A stretch of DNA of 64,000 nt from Hormiphora californensis (taxonomy: Eukaryota; Animalia; Ctenophora). The notes beneath the pieces are model-generated. The model worked only from the letters and a program-made list of their open reading frames with translations, did no database searches and had not been told where the DNA came from. This document shows, one piece after another, positions 1 to 30,599 of this stretch. The position numbers were made by a program, and so were the translations under genes. Positions within the stretch are counted from its first letter, which is position 1. Each line of letters begins with the position of its first letter. The stretch spans positions 620,001-684,000 of the forward strand of contig CM035352.1 of NCBI GenBank assembly GCA_020137815.1. Reading direction: 5' to 3'.

Positions 1-2350
1 TCAGCATTGAAAGGTAGATCTCTCAGTGGCTTCGTGGAGTTTAACCTGTAATTCAGGACCTGAAACTTTTTCTCGTGGAGAGCCATGTTGTTCTTCCGGC
101 TCCACTCCTCTATCAAGTTCAAGTCTCTCTGGAGGCTGTCCCTATCGTTCAGGTCCCTGATATCTTGACCAATCTTGGTATCATCAGCGAAAGTTCCAAG
201 TTTTCCGGTCGTTCCTGATACCAGATCGGTAATGTAGATAATGAACAATAGTGGGCCCAAGACTGATCCTTGAATGACACTGCTGATCACCGCCTCCATC
301 CTCGATCTGCATCCTTCCAATACGACAGTCTGCGATCTTCCTGTGAGAAAAGCTTGTATCCACATGAACAGCTTCCCAGTTACTCCATACCTTTGAAGCT
401 TTTGAAGAAGGACTTGAATATCAACTTTGTCAAAAGCCTTCTCAAAATCTATGTAGGCTACGTCTACTTCTAGTCCACTGTTCAGACTCTCCAGAATCGT
501 GTCGTAGTGTAACAGTAGCTGTGTGAGACAGCTCCGACCAGCCCGAAAACCATGCTGCTCCTCATTCAGAATTCCACTGTTCTCCACGTAGTCCGAAAGT
601 TGTGTCCTCACTACTCTCTCAAATGTCTTGACCAGATGCGAAGTTAGTGCAACTGGGCGGTAGTTCTCTGGTTGACATTTGTTGCCCTTCTTGAAAATTG
701 GGGCAATCTGCTGCTCCTTGAGTTGTTGAGGTATAAAGCCGGCCTCAAATGAGCGACTCCAGAGTTTCCATAACGGGTATGCCAGTACTCCTCTGCAGTC
801 GTGGAGAATCTTTGCGGGAATATCTCCATCCGGCGCAGCAGAATGGGGATTCAGTTCCGCAAGGGCCTCCTCGATAGTAGATGGGTTAAAGATGATTTCT
901 GAGATGCTCTCCTGTCGTTGAGCTATCCCCTCTAGGGCCTCGTCCACATCAACTGTTGTTGGGTCACTGAAAACCTTGACATACTGGTCCTGAAGGAGTT
1001 CAGCTTTCAGGACAGGGTCATCAGTCAGCGTGCCGTCTTCCTTCAGAAGGGGACCCACGTTTGTCTTGACTTTTCTCTTATTCTTGGCATATGAGAAAAA
1101 GTACTTAGGGTTCTCCTTGATCTTCGAAACAGCTTCATCCTCTTCAGAGTTGATCTGCTGCAGAAGATGTTGTCGAATTTCTTCCACACATCTCTGTACA
1201 CGAGCAAGTAGTTTCTCAATCCTTGACGGGCTTGCTTTCTCGCTCCTCCTCTTCTTGATCTGCCTATTAAGCCGTCTCCGCTTTGATTTTAATTTAATGA
1301 GTATCCTATCTTTCTCAGGATGCCTCCTAGGCCCTTTTTTCGTGGGCGAGTAATGGCAGGTCACCTGTAGGACTGTAAGGGTCAGGAGGTGAGTGAATGC
1401 GGTGATTGGATCGTGATTCTCAGCTCTTTCACACTCATTCCACAAAACATCCCAATCAATCTCTCCCAATTTCTCTCCCCTATGAAGGTTGATACCCGAA
1501 AAAGACTGAGGATCTATAAGTCCCTTTTTACCCTCAGATCTCCGTGTCAGGTTATAACCCAACACTCCTGTAACAGTCTTGTGATCAGAGATTATCTCTG
1601 TCTCCTCTACGTCCGTAAACACAAAATAGTTTGGCCTATTCGTGAGGATAATATCAAGAACATTCGACCCCCTCGTTGGTTTCACCACTACTTGGGTCAG
1701 GAAATTCGCTTGACAGAATACATCCGTCGATGCACAGTTCCGATCTCCCTCGATGTGCTCCCAATTATGATGAGGGAGGTTTAGGTCTCCCAGTATGAAT
1801 AAATCAGGCGCCGCCTTTCCCCTGGAACATTTCTCGATGAAGCCCTCGAGCACCTCTAGCAAGTAGTGATACTCTCCAGTTCGGTAGATGGACCCAATCA
1901 CGGTGTGTGAATTAGACAGATACACCGCCGCGACATTATTGTCGTCGTCTCCCCAGGAAAAGTCCTCTGTAACTGTGAGAGAGTTGTTGATGTAGAGTGC
2001 TGAACCTCCTCCTCCTCTTGTCTCGCGATCCGATCTGTAGAGCGAGTAACCCGGGACATTGACTTCTGCGTCACAGACTCTGCCATCCCACCAGGTTTCC
2101 GTCAGGGCTAAAGCCATGATTGGGAAGTCTGGGTCAGTCAGTTGGTCCCGTATATACCTCATTTTCCACTTCACGCTGCTAGCAGCCGAGGGGTTGAGGC
2201 TCCTGCCGTTGATGAGGAGCAGATTGGAGAAGTCTATCCTGCTCCCCATTCCGGCTGGGCAAGCTGCCTTTATGTTCGTTGGCTCTGTGTCAGCTGTATT
2301 CCCGGAGGGAGCTGCAGCGAAACGTTGGTTGGAGAAGTGGCTTGATGCAT
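1..2350 (-). mobile_element. CR1/L2-clade non-LTR retrotransposon, 5'-truncated, ORF2 (APE endonuclease + RT) running off the window edge
   Basis: Minus-strand translation from ATG 2249 gives LLINGRSL..LALTETWWD..VPGYSLYRSDRETRGGGGSALYI (APE). Near 180-290 the same frame gives VIQGSVLGPLLFIIYITDL..TFADDTKIG (RT). No ORF in this frame is in the track, consistent with no stop before position 1. Confidence 0.93.
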
Positions 2351-3045
2351 CTCGAAGAAGTGATGTCTTGTTCAGTTCATAGTGTACTACCTCGAATTTG
2401 CTGCAGACCTGAGACCATTCTACTACCCGCTCTAGATCTGCCTGTAGTTCTTCCCCACTTTCTTCAGACACAATTTTTTTCTGTAGTTTGGTATCATCTG
2501 CAAATGTTCCAGTATCACAATGCATGACTCGGCTTTGCAGGTCTGCTACGTAGATGATGAAGAGAATTGGACCAGGGGCGGTGCGCGGCTTTCAGCCGCC
2601 CTGGTCAAAATGCGGCCGAAACATTTTTAACTCACGCGTTCCGTCGAAATACCCAATGCGGATGGTCCGCATTAGCTATTTTAACGTAGCGCGCCGATCA
2701 AAAAATACTGCGACGGCAAAAAAACCTGTGTGGCGCGCGGATTTCACTAAAAATCTCATTTGAAACATCAAATTTTGAGAAAAATTGACCCTTTTCCTTA
2801 AATTTTTCCTTTTTCTCTCCGTGATCCAAAGTAAAAATGCGGACGCGTCCGCATCGTCCGCATGGCAGAGCCGCCCCTGAATTGGACCAAGCACTGTCCC
2901 TTGTGGGACACCGCTTCTTACCACCTCGAAGCTTGATTTCTCCCCCTCCACAACAACCGTTTGATACCTGCCTGATAGAAAGTCTGTAATCCATGCAAGA
3001 ACTTTTCCTCGAATTCCTAGTTTCTCGAGTTTAGCTAGGAGGATT
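2350..3045 (-). mobile_element. Older CR1-type RT fragment, interrupted by a hAT MITE and abutting the younger LINE
   Basis: With 2573-2879 and one TSD copy removed it reads LLAKLEKLGIRGKVLAWITDFLSGRYQTVVVEGEKS..SGVPQGTVLGPILFIIYVADL..TFADDTKLQ..LQADLERVVEW, then KFEVVHY after a frameshift. Confidence 0.88.
2573..2879. mobile_element. hAT-type MITE (307 bp), copy 1
   Basis: Termini CAGGGGCGG...CCGCCCCTG; 8-bp TSD AATTGGAC at 2565-2572 and 2880-2887; near-identical copy at 19894-20200. Confidence 0.92.
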
Positions 3046-3588
3046 GATGAATTTTCAATTTGCCGGTTTTTACTCTGAATTTTGGCTCAAAAGATAACCA
3101 TCGAGAGTTTTCAGGTGGCGATTAGGGATTTTCATTCTGTAAGGTTGCCTGTGGGAAACTACATAGCATAGCTAAGTCCCATTCTGGCATTAGTTTATCT
3201 ATTTTTGCTTTCTTTTTAAAATTTAAAATTTAAAATTTAAAAATTTGTTTCGCGGAAAATTATTTTTCCGGAAATTTAAAAATTTAGTTAAGATAGGCCG
3301 CGCGCAAAAATATACGTCATGATAAATGTAACACGCCAAATAAAAACTTTTAACGATGCATAATTAACGCGCGGTGAAATGTCAAGCATGAAGCAAGCTC
3401 AAATATGAAAATTCGGCCAGCGTTAAAATCTGGGCCAGCGTTAAAATCTGGGTGTTTTGGGAGTGCTGACAAACGGTTTTTTAGGGTTAGGGCTAAAGTA
3501 GGGTTAGGGTTACACGGCGTGCCTGGTGAAATTTTAACACGACCTAGCATGCGACGGGAAACCACCACTTGTACGTGGTAGCTGAGGG

Positions 3589-4825
3589 TCAAACTTTTCA
3601 ACACTACAGGGTGTCCCACTGTCTTTGCATCACCTTGGATCAGGACCGGGCTCCATTAAACTAACCAAAACTCATCGAAAAATTGGTCAAAACGGTTCTA
3701 ACAAAAACCAGTGTTCTAGAGAATTGTCTGGCGAACATTTTGGTGGCAAGATTGACGTTCCAAGTCTTACCAATCGTCAGATATATCGTCGTAAAGTCAA
3801 AAGTACGTGTTCATGAAATCCGACCGGAGTTCACGTTTTGAAAAATTCACAAATGCAAAGTTGCTCGGATCACATTGCATCCCTCATAAGAGTTGTAGGA
3901 AATTGTCTGGCGGTCATTTTGGTACCCGGGTTTTTGTCCTAGCTCAATGTTTAGAGTGTCTTATGACTGTCTAAAGACGGAATTCAACCAGCATTTTTGA
4001 GGGGATCACGTGTCATCAACAAATGGGTAAAATGATTTGAAATTTACAAGAGCTTCATTGGAATCGTCTAAGGTTCATTTTGATACCATGATTTTTTCCA
4101 TAGCTTTATGTTTTAGTTGCGTTATGACTGTAGAAACATGAAAATTGTTCTATGCTGAGTCTTAGTTGGTATCGGCTCACAACCCCTAATTAGGTGGCTC
4201 GGTGTCGTGTGTAATCCCATGATAATCAGCACATATCGTCTCAATTTCATCTAGACACTTGACAGGGTTGTTATGACGATTTGGCAAGGCCCCTGTAAAT
4301 GTGTAGGATACGCGAGTGGTCTATCTCAACCCTATCATGCACTAACATGTTATTCAAGCAGCAATGAGCTTCATAGCAGGGCAAAATGCAATGCGATACC
4401 TGAGACCACTTTTGGAAAAATTCCAGTTCTGACAGTCATAAGACACTCTAAACATTGAGCTAGGACACAAACCCGGGTACCAAAATGACCGCCAGACAAT
4501 TTCCTACAACTCTTATGAGGGATGCAATGTGATCCGAGCAACTTTGCATTTGTGAATTTTTCAAAACGTGAACCCCGGTCGGATTTCATGAACACGTACT
4601 TTTGACTTTACGACGATATATCTGACGATTGGTAAGACTTGGAACGTCAATCTTGCCACCAAAATGTTCGCCAGAAAATTCTCTAGAACGCTGGTTTTTG
4701 TTAGAACCATTTTGACTAATTTTTCGATGAGTTTTGGTTAGTTTAATGGAGCCCGGTCATCACCCAAAATCACAGGTGATGCAAAGACAGTGGGACACCC
4801 TGTACTTTAAACAAATTAATTTGAG
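3589..4825 (+). other. Spliced-leader (SL) exon sequence, split by a Tc1/mariner insertion (3589-3606 + 4805-4825)
   Basis: Joining across the TA TSD gives TCAAACTTTTCAACACTACTTTAAACAAATTAATTTGAG, matching my recollection of the ctenophore SL. It is followed by CAGG, not a GT donor, so it looks like a trans-spliced product rather than an SL RNA gene. Confidence 0.8.
3607..4802. mobile_element. Tc1/mariner-type non-autonomous element (~1.2 kb) with ~365-bp TIRs
   Basis: TA|CAGGGTGTCCCACTGTC...GACAGTGGGACACCCTG|TA; long inverted arms at ~3607-3972 and ~4432-4802. Confidence 0.9.
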
Positions 4826-4881
4826 CAGGAAGATGAATCCGATGTAACAGCCCCGAAGGGCAGAAAAACGAAACGTTGATA

Positions 4882-5838
4882 ATGTCGGAAGCGAAGTACG
4901 AGGGCGATAACCCTATGATAAAACGATTAGAAGAGACGGTGGATGACTTTGTTTCTGAAGTTTACCTGTTGAATTCGGACAACACGACGAGCATCACACC
5001 AGATGAGTTTACTCAATGTTATAGATCGATTCAAGCTGCACCCGATTCAATGTTAACCAACGACAGCTTAGCTTCGCCTAGCAAGCACTGGGGTTCGTAC
5101 TTTAGACATTGTCTCAAGGACCGAACTACGAGTGAAATAATCGAGGCTACTTCGCGTATTTTTCTCTCCAGTATGAAACTTGCCCGAGCAACAATGAACA
5201 ATTTTGAAACGGTTATCAGTGTGGAAAACCTCGAGAAACAGCTGCGTGAATGTAAAGAAGAACTTGACCGCCATCGGGTTAACGTAATCGAGCTTCAGCA
5301 AACGGTTATCAACCACCAGAAGCAACAACTCAGTACAGTGACAGCATCGGTGCAGAAGGTGAAAGCCTACTCTACTGTGCTAGCACAGAATTGTGCTGCA
5401 ACCTCCCCCAAAGTGGGAAAACCACTACCAGTGAATCATCCTACTCCCGTCCAACAGCCCGGAAGAGAGAAGAACATGGTTGTGTTTGGTCTCCCAGAAA
5501 CAACCGATAGAGTAGCTAAAACTACTTTAGACGAACTTTTTGAGGAATTAAATGAGAAACCGAAAGTGACTACGATGAAACGCATCGGCGAAAGAAATGA
5601 GAAGCGCCCTAGACCGCTCTTAGTATCCCTGGAGAAGAGAGCGACTCTCCTCGCACTCCTCAGAAAGGCACGAAACCTCAAAGACTCCAAACAGTTTTCG
5701 GCTGTTTATCTCTCTCCGGATCTTACGCCCTCTGAACTGAAAGAGCAAAAAGCTCTAAGGTCCACTTTGAAGCGGATACGATCAGAAGATCCTGACGGCT
5801 GCTACTTCATCCGTAATAATCTTATCCAAGTGGGATAG
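4882..5838 (+). CDS. LINE ORF1p-like protein (coiled coil + RRM/CTD; CR1/L2 type)
   Basis: Intact ~318-aa ORF with a coiled coil (LEKQLRECKEEL) and REKNMVVFGLPE, RPRPLLVSL and VYLSPDLTPSE motifs typical of LINE ORF1. It is followed by an ORF2-start-like stub (SCLYTNCVS..KL) and a (TTA)n tail at ~5968-5985. Confidence 0.8.
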   Translation: MSEAKYEGDNPMIKRLEETVDDFVSEVYLLNSDNTTSITPDEFTQCYRSIQAAPDSMLTNDSLASPSKHWGSYFRHCLKDRTTSEIIEATSRIFLSSMKLARATMNNFETVISVENLEKQLRECKEELDRHRVNVIELQQTVINHQKQQLSTVTASVQKVKAYSTVLAQNCAATSPKVGKPLPVNHPTPVQQPGREKNMVVFGLPETTDRVAKTTLDELFEELNEKPKVTTMKRIGERNEKRPRPLLVSLEKRATLLALLRKARNLKDSKQFSAVYLSPDLTPSELKEQKALRSTLKRIRSEDPDGCYFIRNNLIQVG

Positions 5839-5988
5839 TTCCCCACTAACTCACCGTTATCAGAGAACCGTGCTAGGAGCAGGCAGTCTACTGCAGTCCC
5901 TTTCAAATTAAGGAAAACGAGTTGTCTGTATACAAACTGTGTCAGTGCGGGATATAAACTGTCATTTTTATTATTATTATTATTACTA

Positions 5989-7142
5989 CGGTGCGGGAAA
6001 AAACATTCCATTCCCTAAAATCTTTTTTTTTACTTTTATTTGATTTGGGTCAAAATTGGCTATATCAAACGTGGTCCCGAAAAATCCATAATGACTTAGC
6101 ACACGAAATATGTCACCCCCACCTATTTTTGCACGTAGAATCGATTGCCGTTGAAGTCGAATCTCTAAAATGACTGTAAAATGGTCAAAAGTTGATTTTT
6201 TACCATTTTTTGGAGGTTTTTGGCCCCTAAACCATTGAAAACGTTGAGATAGGAATTTGAAACTAGTGCCAATCGTTAAAATGGTCATTTTTCTACCAAG
6301 AACCAAGTTTTCGTGTATATCCGATTTATGGTTAGAATTGGGCAAATTGTTGAAATCTGCCAACTAGGAGAACCGTACCTTGATTTTTTCCTTTTTTATG
6401 TTTTGGTATTTTTGATAAACTTCTGATTGAAATGGCCAGTCGGGACCATGCTTAAGTTGTTTATGGGATAAATTTCGACTAAAATCCAAGATTTCATACC
6501 AATCCAATAACAGATCGTTGAATTATAGAAAATTTAGGTAGGCAAAACGGTCAAAATATCAACTTTTTTTGCTTATTTTGACCGTTTTGCCTACCTAAAT
6601 TTTCTATAATTCAACGATCTGTTATTGGATTGGTATGAAATCTTGGATTTTAGTCGAAATTTATCCCATAAACAACTTAAGCATGGTCCCGACTGGCCAT
6701 TTCAATCAGAAGTTTATCAAAAATACCAAAACATAAAAAAGGAAAAAATCAAGGTACGGTTCTCCTAGTTGGCAGATTTCAACAATTTGCCCAATTCTAA
6801 CCATAAATCGGATATACACGAAAACTTGGTTCTTGGTAGAAAAATGACCATTTTAACGATTGGCACTAGTTTCAAATTCCTATCTCAACGTTTTCAATGG
6901 TTTAGGGGCCAAAAACCTCCAAAAAATGGTAAAAAATCAACTTTTGACCATTTTACAGTCATTTTAGAGATTCGACTTCAACGGCAATCGATTCTACGTG
7001 CAAAAATAGGTGGGGGTGACATATTTCGTGTGCTAAGTCATTATGGCTTTTTCGTGATCACGTTTAATGTAGCCAATTTTGACCCAAATCAAATAAAAGT
7101 AAAAAAAAGATTTTAGGGAATGGAATGTTTTTTCCCGCACCG
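5989..7142. mobile_element. Near-perfect palindromic (foldback) element, 1154 bp, TA TSD
   Basis: TA|CGGTGCGGGAAAAAACATTCC...GGAATGTTTTTTCCCGCACCG|TA; arms ~570 bp with a short loop near 6560-6575. The mirrored ORFs 5986-6363(-) and 6769-7116(+) confirm the symmetry. Confidence 0.9.
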
Positions 7143-7950
7143 TAGTGCCATTCTGTAGACCCTCAGCTACCACGTACAAGTGGTGGTTTCCCGTCGCATG
7201 CTAGGTCGTGTTAAAATTTCACCAGGCACGCCGTGGTTAGGGTTGGGGTTTGGGTTGGGGTTAGGCCTTGACATTCCCTACCAGATAAACTTTGAATCAG
7301 CCAAAACGGTTGAGTAGTTTGGCGGTTAGAGCCATTTTAGTGAATCAACTTTTTTTGGCAGCGCGCACCTGTAAACAGGCCTCCAAACACCCAGATCGTA
7401 ACGGCGCCCTAAAATCTGGGTGTTTGGTGAGTGCTGTCAAACGGTTTTTTAGGGTTAGGGCTAAAGTGGGGTCAGGGTTAGGGCTGGGGTTTGGGTTGGG
7501 GTTTGGCCTTGACATTTCCTACCAGATAAACTTTGAATTAGCCAAAACGGTTGAGTGGTTTAGCGGTTAGAGCCATTTTAGTGAATCAACTTTTTTGGCA
7601 GCGTGCACCTGTAAACAGGCCACCAAACACCCAGATCGTAACGGCGCCCTGAAAATTCTTGATATATGTTCTTTTTTATCTTTCCCGGTTTTCTAGTCCG
7701 CCTCGGACTGTCTGAGTCGCGATAGGCGAAGGCCGAAGAGCGAGGCCTCTATGGACAATGCCCAGTGATTATTTCATCGGCTCTGTCCATAAGTTTGTCC
7801 GTTTCGAATTCTATTTTTTTCTTCAAATTTTAATTTTTATATCACCTCAAAATTCTCAATTAGTATGAGTGGAAAATCAAAAGCAAATACATAACATCAG
7901 TATGGATCTCAGAGGCCTAACTTGGGCTTAGTAATGAATACAACTCTCCA

Positions 7951-9252
7951 ATGTCATACCAAACACGATTCAGAAAACTGAAGAAAAATGCCAAGTCATC
8001 AGATTGTTTTTACCCAGATGCCCTAAAGAAACTCAAAAAATCCAAAAGTCGCCGACCAAACAAACTTCCACCTGCTCCCCGGAAACAAGAAGAACCAGGT
8101 CCTTCCGATGCTGTCAGATCAAGTCTCTTCGAGAAGTTTCAAATTGCCCCAGAAGAAACTAAAGAATGTGTTGATGTAGACGCCTTTGTTGAAGACTTAC
8201 TGAGCGATGTCAAAGAGAAATTAAACAAGTTACCGCAAGAAACTCCCAAAAAGAAACCTACCAGGAAATACAGGAAAAAGAAACCAACTTTCATTGACAG
8301 ACTACCGAAGTTTGGCGATAAGAAATCGTTTGACATAAAAAAGCTAGCTGAGAACTACCTGAACTCCTTTCTGGATATTCTCTATGTTTCTGATGAAGAG
8401 AAGGAAGAGAGTGCTATATTCCAAGGCCCTGTTATTGAACCAGAATACTTTCACAACCCCCTCATCAAGAGAGAACCAAAGAAATGCAGCTTCAATGACA
8501 CCCTCTGCTCAGAGGGATATTTCAGTTCCCCGATGGAGGGCGTTAAGGTCAACTGCCCGTGGCCCTCAATCGATAGATGCCCCCTAACTAGTCAGGTTGA
8601 AAGAAAGAACGGGAACATATTCGTAGTGAAACAAGAGAAAAGGTACCAGTACGAAGAAGTGGCACCCCGGGGAAAGAGCGGGAAGCGTAAGAGGACGGTG
8701 ACCTACACACAACCTCCCCGGTACATCACCCCCATTGACTACCACAGACGCTCCCTCGAGCACCTGGATCATCTGGAGCGATGTCAGTGGAGAAACATCG
8801 TGTACAGTCAGGAGTACGAGCAGGTATATCGGAGTACCCCGCCCTGGAGTATCCCCGGATATGTGATGGAGAGACCATTTCGTTCCGCAAACTGGTATCT
8901 TATTCAACACCTGGAAACTCGGTGTGCCAGCCTGTCTCCAAAGCACTGGGAAGCAGTTAGGAAAATAGCTGCGTCCGGTAAGGGGGAAATACCTGATCTA
9001 CCTGCAGCCCTTATCGAGCATTTCTTTTATCGGCGTATCATGAGTACATCGGAAGCTAATCGTCGGAAGAAACACAATAAACGACTTGTGCAGACAATAA
9101 AACCCGAGCTGTATCTTGTACCCCAGTTGGTGACCCGGCACCTTGTTCCCAAACTACCTGATCTTCCTCCTCGACCATCAACATCAGCTACCAAAACACC
9201 CGAGTTGAGAAACGTGGAAAATGTGTACTCCTTCAAACGGAAGAGCTCGTGA
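7951..9252 (+). CDS. Intronless 433-aa Lys/Arg-rich protein of unknown function
   Basis: Long uninterrupted ATG-started ORF with basic NLS-like clusters; no domain recognised. Confidence 0.6.
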   Translation: MSYQTRFRKLKKNAKSSDCFYPDALKKLKKSKSRRPNKLPPAPRKQEEPGPSDAVRSSLFEKFQIAPEETKECVDVDAFVEDLLSDVKEKLNKLPQETPKKKPTRKYRKKKPTFIDRLPKFGDKKSFDIKKLAENYLNSFLDILYVSDEEKEESAIFQGPVIEPEYFHNPLIKREPKKCSFNDTLCSEGYFSSPMEGVKVNCPWPSIDRCPLTSQVERKNGNIFVVKQEKRYQYEEVAPRGKSGKRKRTVTYTQPPRYITPIDYHRRSLEHLDHLERCQWRNIVYSQEYEQVYRSTPPWSIPGYVMERPFRSANWYLIQHLETRCASLSPKHWEAVRKIAASGKGEIPDLPAALIEHFFYRRIMSTSEANRRKKHNKRLVQTIKPELYLVPQLVTRHLVPKLPDLPPRPSTSATKTPELRNVENVYSFKRKSS

Positions 9253-9424
9253 AGTGAATGTGTAAATTTTTGTGAATTTGTTTTGTTGAGATTTGTATTT
9301 TTAATGTTTTGTAAACCACCATGCCATCACATACCCCATCGTTTTGTTTTCTTCTCCCCTGTCCATTATAAACCCCATCCCGTACCTAATATTACCACCT
9401 ACCCCTAGTCATGTATGAAGAGAG

Positions 9425-30221
<20,797 letters not shown>

Positions 30222-30599
30222 GTGACAACAAGTGAGAGAGATTCATATCTTTGGTGTTTAGATCCATTATTGTGTTGACTGATAGTCAATGACTGTGTTA
30301 AAGATACTAAATTCTTTGGAAAGAAACTGCTACAAAGTACATTATGGTCCAACGACTTTTAGTGTATATAGTAGGATGATGGGACAGTGGACACAGTTCC
30401 AATAAGTTATTCAACTTATTATTAGCATGATTAGGCTATTTGTTTGGCTAAAAACCGTACCAAAAAATTTATACTTATACATCTGCAAATACTTGTACAT
30501 CTGCAAATCTCTATATTCAGATCAGATAAAATGAACTATAATTACTGTCTTTGTAGAACAATTACCCAACATTGTAATGCAGCTCCTCCTAGTCCTACA

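Larger units (their letters stand above)
3513..7235. mobile_element. Non-autonomous Chapaev-like (CMC superfamily) DNA transposon with retro-derived cargo
   Basis: Identical 78-bp TIRs at 3513-3590 and 7158-7235, starting CACGG and ending CCGTG; 4-bp TSD GTTA at 3509-3512 and 7236-7239. CAC/GTG termini with a 4-bp TSD fit Chapaev. No transposase seen. Confidence 0.8.
3413..7650. repeat. ~240-bp TTAGGG-containing dispersed repeat in two tandem units; unit 1 (~3443-3512 + 7236-7409) is split by the CAC-TIR element, unit 2 (~7410-7650) is intact
   Basis: Unit ends ATCTGGGTGTTT...AAACACCCAGATCGTAACGGCGCCC with internal TTAGGGTTAGGGCTAAAG. The intact unit gives the empty-site sequence. A diverged copy lies at ~19108-19380. 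Confidence 0.75.

Noticed and set aside
3480-3512. TTAGGG repeats as a telomere or fusion scar
   Set aside because: Only a few degenerate units, embedded in a dispersed repeat present three times in the window.
3589-4825. SL RNA gene
   Set aside because: No GT donor or SL intron follows the leader; it joins directly to the retro-ORF 5' UTR.
5986-7116. Twin ORFs starting MADFNNLP on opposite strands
   Set aside because: By-product of the palindromic element; non-ATG starts and no domain.
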